64,000 nt of DNA, from positions 9,796,001 to 9,860,000 of the forward strand of contig CP158636.1 in NCBI GenBank assembly GCA_050273025.1, written 5' to 3'. Below the pieces are notes generated by a model that worked only from the letters and a program-made list of their open reading frames with translations, did no database searches and was not told where the DNA came from. This document shows, piece after piece, positions 25,554-39,500 of the stretch. The translations under genes were made by a program, and so were the position numbers. The DNA is from Cenococcum geophilum (Eukaryota). Position 1 is the stretch's first letter. Each line of letters opens with the position of its first letter.

Positions 25554-28500
25554 TATTAGTATCATAGGGTAACTCACCAATGCTACTTAAGTAGACACAG
25601 TGAATGTTGGTTATAAAGCTTATTATTAAGAATTAGGGGGTAGGTAAGAAACCTAAGGTTCCTTACTACGCTAGTGCCGCGGCAATACATAATAACACGT
25701 AACAACCGCTTGCCTCATTCCTAACACTAGCAACTCTTCTTTTATAGTTGCCATCTATATACACTTATAGATTACTACTATATAAAGATATAAAGCTAAG
25801 GAAAAGAAGAAGAAGAAATAAAGGGGAAGGGGTAGCATAGGTATCTATACGGGTTCGTACAAAGATATCAGTTCCGCTTACCGCTCTTAGCCGAGCTAAT
25901 GGCAATTTTCCATCCCGGGGATAGAAAATCCTAATTAGCCAGCTCAACAAATAGCGTTAGCAGAATCCTACACCGCCACCCAAATTAATTAGGCGCGGCG
26001 CTCTTAGCAAAAATCTAACCAATTAGACAACTTTAACCGGTGGTTAAAGTTCCATAAGATCTTAACTTCTCTAAATTTCCCTCTTAACCCAACCTTTAAC
26101 TTATATATATAGAGTATTTATATTAATAAACGTCTCTAGTGCCTTATTTAGGTTTACCTTCGTTATTACATCTACCGGGTTATCTTAGCCATTAATCTAT
26201 TAGATCTTAAAGAGTTTTTAACACTTATAAAACTGCCAAAGTGCCATAATATCAATTATAAGGCGCTTCTCCTTTATAGTACTAAGCTTAACTAAACATT
26301 TATAGAGGGAATATAAGTCGGTGTATACGATTATAGGGATAGCAGGAAGTTTAAGTCGATCTATAATTATCTTAAGGGTAGTTCCAATTACAATTGCTAT
26401 ATTAACACCGCTAACTATTCCATATATCTCTAACGCTAGAACGCTTTAAGTAACGCGCTTACTTTTAGTTAAGCTCTAATAGATAAGATTACCATAGATT
26501 ATAAAGTTATTCTCTCCGGTAGATTTATTCGCGATAATAGTCTTATATCCTAGCTAGGAGCTAAAATCTTTATTATTTATAAATAATCCATTAATAAACA
26601 CAAAGAGCTTAGCGGTAGGAAGATTAATAGGCATATAGAGTAATCCTTAATCAAAATGGTTTATTTGCCAGGAAAGACGCTTATTTAGGTTAAAAACATT
26701 ATCCTTAGTTAGTTCCTGGTATTAGGCGGCAACAGAGAGATTAAAGGAAGCCTTAGGTTAATAAATAGAAGCAACATAAGCTCTACGAGCGCGTTGCTCT
26801 ATATATCCTTGCTTTAGAGAATTAACATTAACAACATTAATCTTCTTACCTTAACCCTTCTAGCGTAAAGCAATTGAATCCTTATTTAGGGAGAGGATAC
26901 ATCTATTAAAGAGCAATAGTGTTATTAAATTAAGTCTTTCCTTTAGCTTTGCCATAAGGTTTGCCTTTATTAGCTCATCCTCTTTAAGGGCTAAGAATTG
27001 GTCATCTCCTAAGATAATTATATTATTAGTTTATATGCCAACAATTCCAAATAGAGTTCCTATAGTTATAATAAGGAAGCAGGGATTAAACATAAAAATA
27101 GTTATTAAAAGCTTCTCTTTATAGTACTTACTATAAGTAGCCCACCAATAGGTTCCTGCCTCTGCGATTCCGTATAATGGCTTAAGGACAACCATAATTA
27201 TATCTTTAGAATATTAGTGGCGAATTTACTCTAGAAGATATGCCAATATTAAGCACTAAAGGTGCGTCTCTAATTAGGTATAGGCTTAAGTAATATCTTA
27301 CAAATAAACTACTATTCCACTCTTTATTAAGGAGGGAGCTAGCGCAATAATAACTCGCTAACTAGCTCGTTAAATTATAAGAGATTATATAAGAATTACC
27401 TCCTTACTATTATCGTTATAACCTTAAATAACAAGCCTTAATTTCTCAAATAGGGCGTTAATAGCTTTACCCTTAATCTCATTAACTATTCTTAACTTAA
27501 AGATGCGAACTCTATTAAACTTAGTAGGGTTATATTTCTCAAATTTAAAGACTCCTCTCGCAATAAGACCGTCAATCTTCTATTTATTAGATGCTTAGAA
27601 AGGAGCTCCTAAAGTTATAATACGGCCTTCTTTTTAGAGCTATTTTACAAGCTTAAAGTTATCCTTCTCTTTAGCTATTATAAAAGCCATTAATAACTCG
27701 TCTTTACTCTTAATAGCGGTAACAAATTGCTCTTTAAAATCTACAAGATATTAGTAATTCCGTAATCCCTTCAGGCGACCTCTACCGCGTCGTAGTTACG
27801 GCACGTCTATTACAATTATATTAGAATTGTTATCGCCTTCTAAAGCACGTTAATTATGGTTCTCCTTTAGGGTATCCTCTAAGGCATCCTGTAAAGGCTT
27901 AGAGCTATTATTCTTATAGTAGGGCTTAATAATAGTTAAGCGGAATTAAGTAGGTCTATAGGGCATCTAAAGAGTATAGGTTTAACCATTAATTATAATA
28001 AGTTTGTGTAGGCCTAACTATCCTCCCTTTTTACGCTATACGCGTACCTTAGATTAGAGCGGCAGATCGAGCGTAGTTAAGGTATTTAGGCTATTTCTCA
28101 TTCCTAGTACATTATTAACCTAGCGCGTAGCGTAGAGACGTCGCACCTCCTTCGTTACTTTGCGGATAGCCTTAGCTTATTATACAATAGAGGGAGATAG
28201 TAGAGAATTGTTAGTCATTTAAGGGTAGGCGCTAAAGACTAGCAACGTGGGTACAAGCCCATCTAGACTAGCGGAATCATTAACAGCCTTAATAGCCATC
28301 TATAAGATAAGCTCTTCGCTAGCATCCTCTAGTTCCAAAGAAATAATCTTATATACTTAGCGTAATAGCGTATAGTATTATTCTACTTTTCCAACGCTAT
28401 TATATGCCTTAATAGGGACTTCCTTAACCTCGATTTCTATTACCTTTGCCTATTACCAAAACTCTATAGATAAGAAGTTCCTTCCCACATTATGAATAAT

Positions 28501-31500
28501 TTAATTAGGGGGTCCTAGGTAGACATTAATCCAGCATAATTAAAGAGTATCCCATACATTCCTAGCTAACATATCCTTTAGAAAGCGTGCGGCTTAGAAG
28601 GATATTAAGAAGTTAACAACTTAGAGTACTAGCTTGCCGCTAAGATATATAATATCAATAATAATACAGAAGTTAAAGTTATAGTCATCTTTAAGGGTAA
28701 ACTTAAATCGGCCAGGGGACTTCTAGTTTATTTGGCAGTAATAGCAGTACTTTATAAGATGCTTAATTATCTTAACCTTAACTTTATAACCTGCTCGCTA
28801 AAGAACCCTAAGTAGTTAGTAAACGGATAGGTGGCCAAAACGACGGTATAGTTAACGTAGCTCTAACTCGGTTAAATGGCTTTAAGCAATACTCCTTTCT
28901 AGCTATTAAAGGAGCAACTAAGGGTAACCCTACTTACGTATAACGGGCACCCAATTATCTCCCTAAATAAGCATATTCTCAAGGTTATTAAGCTTAACAC
29001 CTAATTTATTTATATCTTAGATGCAGAATAGAAACGGGGTATTTGCGGGAACAACGTGGAAAATAATACATCCTAATAGGGTTTAGACCTTAATTATGCC
29101 GAGAAAGATTACAGTACCCTTGCTAAAGCGAATTATATATTAGCCTGCCGTTAATTAGTTGATCTAAACAGAGCTATCAAGCTGCTAAAGAGCTTGTACT
29201 TAAGGTTCTCCTACTATAGATACTCCTGCGGCTCTAATATCTGGCATAATACCATAGAAGACGTTCGCTAAGTATCTATCGTCAAATAAGAACGCGGAAC
29301 TCTCCCTTAGCTTATTAAAGACATCTAACTTCATAACAGAATAAAGCATAGATTGGTTGTTAAAAATAGCGACAGTTTATATACTATCTACCTTACTAAA
29401 CTTAGTAAAGTATTGGTCGGAAGGATAGTCCTTAATTTCCATATCTATAAAAAGTTGTTCGGCCTTATTAACCTTACCCTTAAAATCTTCTACACCTTTA
29501 TATTAAACTAGGAAGCTTTAGAAGTAGGCCGCAGTAACCTTATAGTTTCCAACGTTTCTTATACTCTAGCGAAACTTATTATATGCCTCTTTTTGTCTAT
29601 TAAGAGGGTGCCTAGTTAACTAGTAATTTGGCTTCTTATAAACGTAACACTTCTTCTAGCAATTACTTTAAAATAAACCTCTATAAGGACCTCCACGATT
29701 ACCTTATAGTTGGCGTTAATCATACCCTTTACCGTATCCCCTACTATAATATATTTAATTAGTCCAGTTATAGTCGTATTAATCGTCTGGGTTAATTAAA
29801 GTAGGTTAAGGTTAGGCGTTAAATTGCTACACTTCTTAAGAACGTAGAGCGGTGCCGACAAAGGACCTTAATTAAGCACATACTCCTTTATAAGTATTTG
29901 CAGGATTAAAGAGAGCAAGGTTATATTCTTTAACACCTTAGCATATACTAATAACTTAATCGCGTAGGCTAAAGTCCTTTTAATATAATTTAGATAAACC
30001 ACGCTAAATTATCTAAAGTTAATTAAAGAGCTTTTAAAGACAATTAAGCCGAGAAATACCTAGGTTTGTAGCAATAATCCTTAGGAAGGTAGTCTCTCTC
30101 CATTCCAATATATACTATTACTTATTCTCTTCTATTTCAAAGTAGTATCTTAACTTATATATTATACGGTTAAAATTATACCCTTTTCCTGCCAAATAAT
30201 TATAGTAGAAGGTGCTAGCGCGGCCTTTAAGCATAACGGAATAGGCGTTATAATATTAGTTAGGTTCTAGTCCTACCTTCTAGTAATAGTTATAGAAGAT
30301 ACGTAGCTTTAAATTAAGGATATTATACAGCTCCCTGCTAAACTTCTTTTTCTAGTCTAAATAGAGCTTTATAAGATCTATAAGCAACTTTAAGATGCCT
30401 TTAAGTGGCGCTAGGTTAGGTTAAGATTACATTAAAGATTAAGGAGGTAGGGATTGTATTATAGGCTATAGTGGGGACGTAAAGCTCAATAGAATAGAGT
30501 GTGGTACTTAATCTTACTATAGGAGAGTTTAAAGGTTATTAAGTCGCGAAGTAGGGGGTTCTAGAGTAATAGAACTAGAGCACGTCTCTAGTGGCGTATT
30601 ACTTGGATTCTATTATAAGTTAAGCTTCTTTATAGTGCGTAGTTAGTGCTTAATCTCTTATAGAGTCCATTTATGTTCTTCTTTTGCTTTAATAACATGC
30701 TCCTAAATATTATCTTTAATACCTCCCCTATCTATAGGGATAAATACTTTATACTCCCAAAGGAAGTTACGGAAGTCCCGCACAAGATCCTTATATATAG
30801 GAACCTATGTTTCCTTTATCCATCCAACAAAGTCCTCCTTCATACAATACTATAGCATGGTGTTATTGTATTCGCTATCTTTATAGTATACTATACGGTA
30901 TAATAAGAATCCATTTAGCTCCTTTTGCTTAGTAGTTATAAAGTTAATTATAGGTCTGTCCTATGTCTCCGGGTTAATATCTTTCTTATACTTCTTTAGA
31001 TAGGTCAACGCCATAATAACAGTTATTTAATATGTAGAGAGTGTCAAGAATATAGGGATAGCGTGCTAGTAGAACTTTAATAGTCTAGCAGAGCTAAAAT
31101 TGTCGTAAGGTAAGGGCGCGCTAGTACTGCCTTAGATACTAACAGAGGAGTATAAGGGCTAGAGAGCGCGTTATTAACGTAATTTTAACGTGGCAGGGCC
31201 GCTAGGAACGTGGCAGAGTATTAAAAGTATTATTTTTAACGCGTTTCGGACGTTAACTTAGGACCTTAGGTTTAGTAATACTTCTAACCTAAAGTACTTG
31301 ACCAAATCTTTGTAAACGTGGTTGTTCTATATAATAGACGCAACTTAGTATCTCCTAGTACTCAGTAACACTTCTATTACTAGTTTTCCGTAAGTCTAAG
31401 GTAGCACAGTATCGCCGGGATCCATTCCATATAAGCGTATATAGCACCCCTGTATAAGACTGTCTCTTTTATTAAAAACCTTACTGTTCTATAGTTAACT

Positions 31501-31694
31501 GTGTATTTAACCACTAATCAGTATTAGTGTCATAGGGTAACTTACCAATGCTACTCGAGTAGATATAGTGAATATTAGTTATAAAGCTTATTATTAAGAA
31601 TTAGGGGGTGGGTAAGGAACCTAAGGTTCCTCACTACGCTAGTGCCGCGGCAACACGTAACGACACGTGACGACCGCTTACCTCATTCCCGACA
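25554..31694 (-). mobile_element. Full-length Copia retrotransposon D (GalEa-like), RIP-inactivated
   Basis: 173-bp LTRs at 25554-25726 and 31522-31694; TSD aatat (25549-25553, 31695-31699); minus-strand gag-protease-integrase-RT-RNase H order; L.RRFGH, LKPLYGIAEAGT.W, GIVG(M)(Q)T(DD). Confidence 0.93.
26070..31014 (-). pseudogene. Copia D gag-pol polyprotein, RIP-disrupted; ends approximate
   Basis: Candidate ATG at 31014; protease motif near 29230-29250, integrase ~28300-28870, RT ~26950-27480, RNase H to ~26070. Confidence 0.8.
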
Positions 31695-34600
31695 AATATA
31701 TATATTAGAAATAATAATTCTTTAAGTTTTAGACGCCATTATTTAAAATATTTAATAATTATAAGTAGTTCCTTATTATAAATCTTATAGTTTAATTTAG
31801 TAGGGGTAAGTTTTTAGGAGAGAAAGGCTACTAGGTATAGCTTGCCGTTTTTGTTATATTGTAATAATACTCCTCTTAGTATATAATTAGATAAGTCTAT
31901 TTTAATAATATGTTTAAGGTCCAGATTAAAATAGGTAAGAATTAAAGTAGGTATAAAATAATATTTTAAGTTGTTAAAAGCCTATTTATATTTAGTAGTC
32001 TATTTAAATCTTATATTCTTCCTTATTAAGTTTACTAATAGCTAAATAATTTTTAAGAAGTAATTAATAAATTAATAATACAAATTTATAAATCCTAGAA
32101 ATCTTTAAATATTTTATATACTACTAGGACTTTCCTAGTTTATAATTATAGCGATTTTCTTAGGGTCTATTTTAATTCTATTATAGGATATAATTAGGCC
32201 TAAGTATATAACTTTAGATATATAAAACTTATATTTCTTAATATTATATTATAAGCCTGTGTCTTATAGGCATTTAATATTACGGACGCTTTAAGTACGA
32301 TGTTACGACTACTTAGAGAAGAGTCGGAAGAAGCTAGTTAGTTAATATAAGCACGGTTTAAAATAGAACCCGTAGAACTATATAATAAGGAATAGTAGCC
32401 GAGGTTATATAAGGTGCTATATAAGGAACGCAAGGAACGAAGGGAACTTACGTACCTTATATATAAGACGTACATTACGTATAAGAAGGATTTTATAGGA
32501 GTACAGTTGTGTATTTAAGGACCCTTAGTCCCTACCTAGATAGTTCCTTCCTTATAGTAATTCTTAGAATATAATTAGAGTTAATCTATTAGGCAACTAC
32601 TCCACTAATTATTATTACGTTATTAACTACTGTCTTTACATTTCCTATATACCTAGCCCATTAATAGAACCTATTATAGTTCCTACTATAAGGTTCCGTT
32701 ACATAATTACTACCTAGTTATAGTATTAAATATAAAAAGTCAAACAATATACCACTAAAAGCAGCCACTATAACGCCATTAACGGCGGCAACTACTTTAA
32801 GGTTAGGGGGTAACACTAGTATAGCGGACACTAACTCGCAACAACCTATAACAGTAAGATAATTATAGGAAATAGTAGATTGATTAATAGAAAACAATAC
32901 GGTACTTAAGAATAGGCTTAATAGAATCGGAGTAGTAAAGGTTAAGTTACTATTAATTAAACGATTCTTAGGAGAGAGATTAAAGCTTAAAGGATTTCTA
33001 ATATAAATGCATTTTAAAGTCATATAAGAAGGGGCTAAGTTAGCTATAATAATAGACTAAATAGCCTATACAGGACTATTCCTAACGGGTTAGGCACTTA
33101 AATAGTTTAAACCCTACTTAACAGAAATACAGACTAACGGAATAACTACTGCTAATTAAGAGGTACGATTTATATTTTCTAGCTAGGTAGGATTCGCGGA
33201 ATAATTAATACAGATATTTAGGGACCTAGAAGTAACAACTATAGTAAAAAGAAAGCTTTAGGACCTAATATAGCGAACTTTAGCAATTAAGTATACAATA
33301 TAGTTTTAAATACTTATAACACAGGTTAAATAGAACAATAAGGCGCTTATAGTATAGTATAAATAAGGACTTAAGGCTAAAGTCTAGGATATAATTATTC
33401 TAATAGAAGATGCGGATACCCTAAGGGAATTAATAGATTAAGTAATTAAGATTAACAATAGGATCTTTTAAAGGGAATAGGCTAAGAAAGGCTAGGACAG
33501 AGTTTTATAGTTATATAAGATGTAGAGTATATAACAACTAAAGCTAAGTTAGAAACTATAGTATAGCGTAGAGCTAATAGACCTAAGTAGTACTAAAAAA
33601 GCCTATAAGAGATAGAGTAAAAAACTATAGAAACCTAAAGGTTAAGGATCTAGTAATTACAGGACTAAAGAGCAGAGGCTAAACTAGGGATCTTAACAGC
33701 AGAAGATGTTTAGGCGGACTCTATAATAAAGTTAATAGTTTAGAGATAGAGCTTATATAAATTACGGAAAATAGGGTTACTTTATAAGGGATTGTAAAAA
33801 TAGTTAAAGTTACTATATAATAAAGGAAACCAGATTAATAGTACGCGATATATATATATAGAGGGACAATAATGTACTGCAAGGAACAAAAGAGTGTTTA
33901 ATTAAAAGTTTTGCGTTTTGTTATAACAACATATACTAAATTTATAAAGACACTAAGTATAGCGCAAGCTATTAGCTATAAGAGCTAGAGTTAAAAGAAC
34001 TTAGAGAAACTAAAGAGTTAGACGAAGAATAAGATCGACTCTATAAGCTAGATTAAGATATTATAATAATATACGGATAATAATTAGTAACAATAATAAT
34101 GGAGTTAGAGTACTTATTAATTAATAGCAATAAGGATAGTAAAGGAACTAACTGGGGGTATCTAAACCTTAATAACGTAATAGAAGTAGAGACTAAAACC
34201 GCTATAGAGCAAGGTTTAGTAATGGGTATTATAATACCATTAGATACGGCGTCTATCGCTTTATAAGACGGAAGAAGTAATATCTAGAGACGATTAAGCA
34301 AGCAGACGACTGCTAGTGCTAGCTTACTACTTAATAAAGGTAAAAGGCTAAAGGCTTAAGATTTTTATAAAGAGATAAAAGACAACTAAGATTCTTAAGA
34401 CGAGATAAGGTAAGCTTAAAGACTTATAATAGACAGAAACTAATAGAGCAGAGTAGTAGCTCAGTTTAAAGATATACAAATGAGCTCGGGATAAGAATTC
34501 CTAACGGTATAAGATTCTTAAGATAAGATAAGTAAGATCTAAAACTCTTAAGACGAGATAAGGATACTGGTAAAGCCTAGTTAGACTAAGGCTGGAGCTA

Positions 34601-36580
34601 AGCTTAAGTTAGAAGCAAGCTTAGGATTAAAGAATCTAAGGGGTTAAGAATTTGGAGCATGAATTAGGACACCTACAAGTAAGAGGTAAGAAGCTTCTTT
34701 ATAGATTAGAGAATCTGCAGCACAAATAGCGATTAGACTAGAAGACAGATATATAGACCTAGAAGACTTACTAGGGGAATATAGTATTCAGCCGAAAGAT
34801 TAAAAAGTTCATACTAAGATTAAGAAGTATAAAGACTTTAGGGATCTACTTATAAGACGCGATATAAAGGAAACCATAAAGGAATTTAGGGTAAGAATTA
34901 CCTCATGGCAAGAATAGAAACTAGATAAGAAATCTAGCACATTAGGACGTATAAGGGACAGAGCGCTAGTATAAAGGATCACTAATAGGTCTAGAGCAGG
35001 CACACTAAGAGCTAAGTGGCTTACTAAACTAGAACAAGAAGAGGATTTAGGGATTCCTACTAGGTTTAAGAAACAACATACTAAAGGCTATTATAACGTA
35101 GTAATAAAGAGATATTTCCTTACGGACGAGCCGTATACACTTAAGCAGCTGTACTAAAAGTGGTATAGGCAACGACACAATAATAAGTAGGAGGATTTCT
35201 ATATATAGTTGGACAAAAAAGTTATCTAAGACCACCTAATTATAGAGAAGGCTATAACTTACATTAAGGGAGCCTTAATTATAACATTAAAAGATCTAAA
35301 GGAGTAATTAGAGGACTAGAGAAGCGAAAGGCAAATCTTAGTACCCACAAATAAAGTTATAACGCTTAGATTAATATAAAAAAGGTTTAAACTCCAGGAT
35401 AAAGACGAGCCAAGAGTTAACCCAAGATATTAAGCATATTATATACTATTGTGGATAGTATACGTGGATAATACGTGCAATATATATAGGGTACTAAAAG
35501 ATAAAAATCGGAAGTATCTAATAAGAATGTATTAGATGACGGACGAGGCGAAGTATTAAAACGCTAAGTATATATATAGTTGGCACCTAGTAGAAGTTTA
35601 AGAATAAGGGGACTTAACACTTTAACCAGGAAAATTCCTTACGGAAGAATGCCTAGATGGACGATAATGGTAGAAATATCTAGAGAACACCTATCTATAG
35701 CATATTAAAGACAAAAAACGAACTAAATATTAGCCTAAGTTAGATTAAGTATAAGTAGGATCTAGCAGCTAGCAGTTAGGAAAAGTAGAGGCCTATAGGA
35801 CTAAAGGGAGCTAGTAGTAGAGCCTTAGACCCTTAAAGGAATTTAAGGATAACACCTAAATTTATAAGTTAAATAGCAAGATTAATAGTTTAAAGTATTA
35901 GTAGATAGTGGAGTAATAAGGAACCATATCTTACTAGCAGCAGTTAAAAGAATAGGGTTACTACATAGGTAAAAGGAACGTCCTTATCTATTAGTAATAA
36001 TTTTAGGAAATCTAATAGCCTATAGAGGAGGCATCATTAATCTCGAAACAGGACCTATTTAGCTAACTATTAAAAGAAGACAAGTCGAGATATCTTTCGA
36101 TATATTACTATTAGGGAATAATAAGGCAGTATTAGAAATGCCTTAGTTATAAGAATATAATCTAAGGATTAATTGGGTTATAGGTTAGGTTAATATTAAA
36201 GATACTTAACGCCATAAGATATAATAATAAGCTAAATTAGTATAGTACTAAATAGGAGCGACCTATAAAGAAATAGAAAAAGGGCTAAGCTATATACTAA
36301 AAAGATACTATAAGTATAGTAAGAAACTATAGTTACCTAAGAGTAAAAAGCTATTAGAGTATATAGCATAGGACTATAAAATAGAGTTAAAACCAGGAAT
36401 AAGTCTAAGGTTTTTTTTAATCTATAAGCTTACTAAAGAAGAAGGTAGAGTATTAAAAGAGTTTATTTAAGAAAACTTATAAAAGGGATATATTAAACCA
36501 TTATAGTTATTAGCGGGTTATCTAGTACTATTTATACTAAAAAAGAATAGCAAACTAAGGCTATATATTAACTATAGACA

Positions 36581-39500
36581 AGAAAGCACCATATGCTAAG
36601 AGGCAAATTTTAGAATAGTGAGACTTATATTATAATAGCAATAGCACTTAAAAAGGAGCTCTTGCTGCACCTGGCCTAAAAAGACTAAAACCAACCAAAA
36701 GAACCCTAAAAAACACCTAGAGAATCCCCCTAAGATATATACATCGCAGGGGAGGCACACGTCAAACAACGGTGGCTCGCACTCGCGCGCGACCGCTAGA
36801 ACTACGCCTAGCGATGGCCCTCTATAACAAAGATAGGCGAATACTACACCACAAAGCGGAAATACCTCTATTAAGAAGGCATCTAATAAAATATAAAGCC
36901 TATTAGACGCGTCTAGTATCTAGAATTATAGGGGAGTAACCGTTAGCTATAACAAACTAATATAGCTAGCAGAATGGCTCCGCTAGTCTAGCGAACCTTA
37001 GGCGCCCCTTTAGTAAACCCTTAATTAAATCCTCTAACGGCTAAACAAAATTAAAAATAAGTATAACCCCCCCTTACCGGCGAACCGTACCTAGGCCGCT
37101 ATAGCTACGCTTTTATAGTATAGGGAACCTACCCCCCTTAAGTTAATAACCGGGTATATAATTATAATATAACTAAATATAGAATAAGTAGAGGGGCTTA
37201 GGGGATAATTAGAAATAGAAGTCCTTATAGAGATATATAAAGAGGTCCATAACGCTATTATAGTCTAATACCTTAAGAGTGGAGATATTAGAGTTACCCT
37301 AAAGGACTAATAGGTAAAGAAATAAGTCGTAAGGGTAGGGGATAGGCTAGGAGAACGTATTAGTATAAAAGTACTCCATAAGGATTACCTAGTTAAAGTC
37401 CTAGTGGTTCCTATAAGCCTTAGGGTAGAAAAGGGACGCTAGGCGGATAATACAGCAATTATATAGGAGATAGTAAGACAAACGGAACGCCTTATACTAG
37501 GACTTAAAATCACCCGAATCCAATAGCTTTAATAGGAAAATGTAAATTAAGTATATAATAAGAATAATAAGAGGATATAAGGGTTGCTAGAGACTTGCTA
37601 GGGAGACGCCGGACGAACACATGGCTCCCTTATTATTAGCATATATACACCAGGAATGCAAAAACTCCTTATCTAAAAAGGAATAATTATAAATGGCCTT
37701 ATATATAATATAAGGCTCTATAACTATAGACTACGCCTAGAATAATGCTATCGCTATATATAATAGGGACACACCTAATCTATATGCGCAGTATAGGTAT
37801 GCTACGGCCACTATATAGGCCCCTATAATATAAGACATTACTTAAATTAAGACCAAATAAAATGCGCGAACTGCTACTAAAGCATATATAAGGCGTGGGA
37901 AAGAGAAGACTGCATTAAATATAGGAGATAGAAGGTAAGGGCTTAATAGCTATAGGAATAACTGCACGCTAGGTTATATAAATAGAAATAATAGGCAATA
38001 AGCTAGGGGGACGCAGGCGCCTTTTTAGCGTTTCCTACCTTTAATACTAAAGGGCTAGGCTAGCTATCCCAAGCCTTAACGGGCTAGAAGCGACGCCGCG
38101 TGACATTATTAGACTAATTAGGGATATAAGGGCCACAGGGGACATAAGGGAGAGGACGCCCTATAGGAAGACCCCTATAGACAGCGACAGTAGGCTTAAA
38201 ACTAGGATAATTAAGAATTAGACTTAATGCGGTAAATATAATATTTATAGCTAACCTATAAAGGGTATATAGCTAACTAGTAAAAATAGGGGAAGAACCG
38301 GTAATAATAATAGATTTAGATATAGAAGCGCTAATAGAAATATAAGACACGGGAATAGAAAGCTCTATATAAAATAAGTAGTAACTAGGGTATAAATACA
38401 AGAGACAGAAGCTCTAAATATCCTAGAGAAAGTGGAAATAGAAAAAGTAAGGAATAAAGGAGAGTTAAAGGACCCTCACCAGGGGTCCACTACCTATCCA
38501 TTATATAGTATAACTACGGCAACACAAACTACCGCCTCGTAAGGCCCTTACTAGACAGTCTAAACCTAGAGAAACACTATATCCTTACTATACAAGAACC
38601 GTATTATAATACCTTTACACAATTAATATACTGCCCCCAAGGATTTTAGCTCCTATACGAACCAAAAGCAGCCACACACGTGTGCTTTATAATCAGCAAG
38701 GCTATTAGCCTGTCCTTATAGTCATAGCAGGCAGTTAACCTAGATATTATAGTTATAATAATCCAAACATATAGGGGACCGGTACAAATTATTAATATGT
38801 ATAACCCTAGGGTCGAAGGGGTCCTATAAACAGAGAATATTATATCGGTAATAAGCTTACTGGAAACTAAAGGTATAGAGTTTATCCTACTAGGAGATAT
38901 AAACCTCTACCACCCGCAGTAGGGGGGTATCTATATTGCTGTAAATTAATAATTAGAGTGCCTACTAAGAGCTATAGATATCTGGGGCCTTAAGCTAGCT
39001 ACCCCCCTAGGAGCAATTATATGGCAATAAGGCACCGCTAGAAGTATAATTGACCTTATATTTATAGACGAAGGCCTATACTAGAGACTCGAAAGGTATA
39101 ACCCCGAAGAAGAATAGGCACTTACCTTAGACTATATCCCTATCTAGATATAGCTAGACCTAGATACCAAAGCGTAACTAAATAGAAAAAGATATGCAAT
39201 AAGGAAGCTTAAGACAGACAGTTTCCTTAATGCAGTTAAATAACAACTCTAAGACCTAGAAGAAATCCACCTAATACTAAATAAGTAAGGCTTATTGGCC
39301 ACCCCTAAGGAAATTGACCGAAGACTAGAAAGGATCTAGGCAGCGATTAAAAATGGGCTGGAAGAGCACTGCCCGATCTCAAAACTAGGCCCCTATACGT
39401 AATATGTATGGTCTATATAATGCGCAGTTCTAGTTACCAGCCAATAATAAGTAAGAAGGAAATATATAAGTAGCTATAACCCTAAAGACGAGAGATAATA

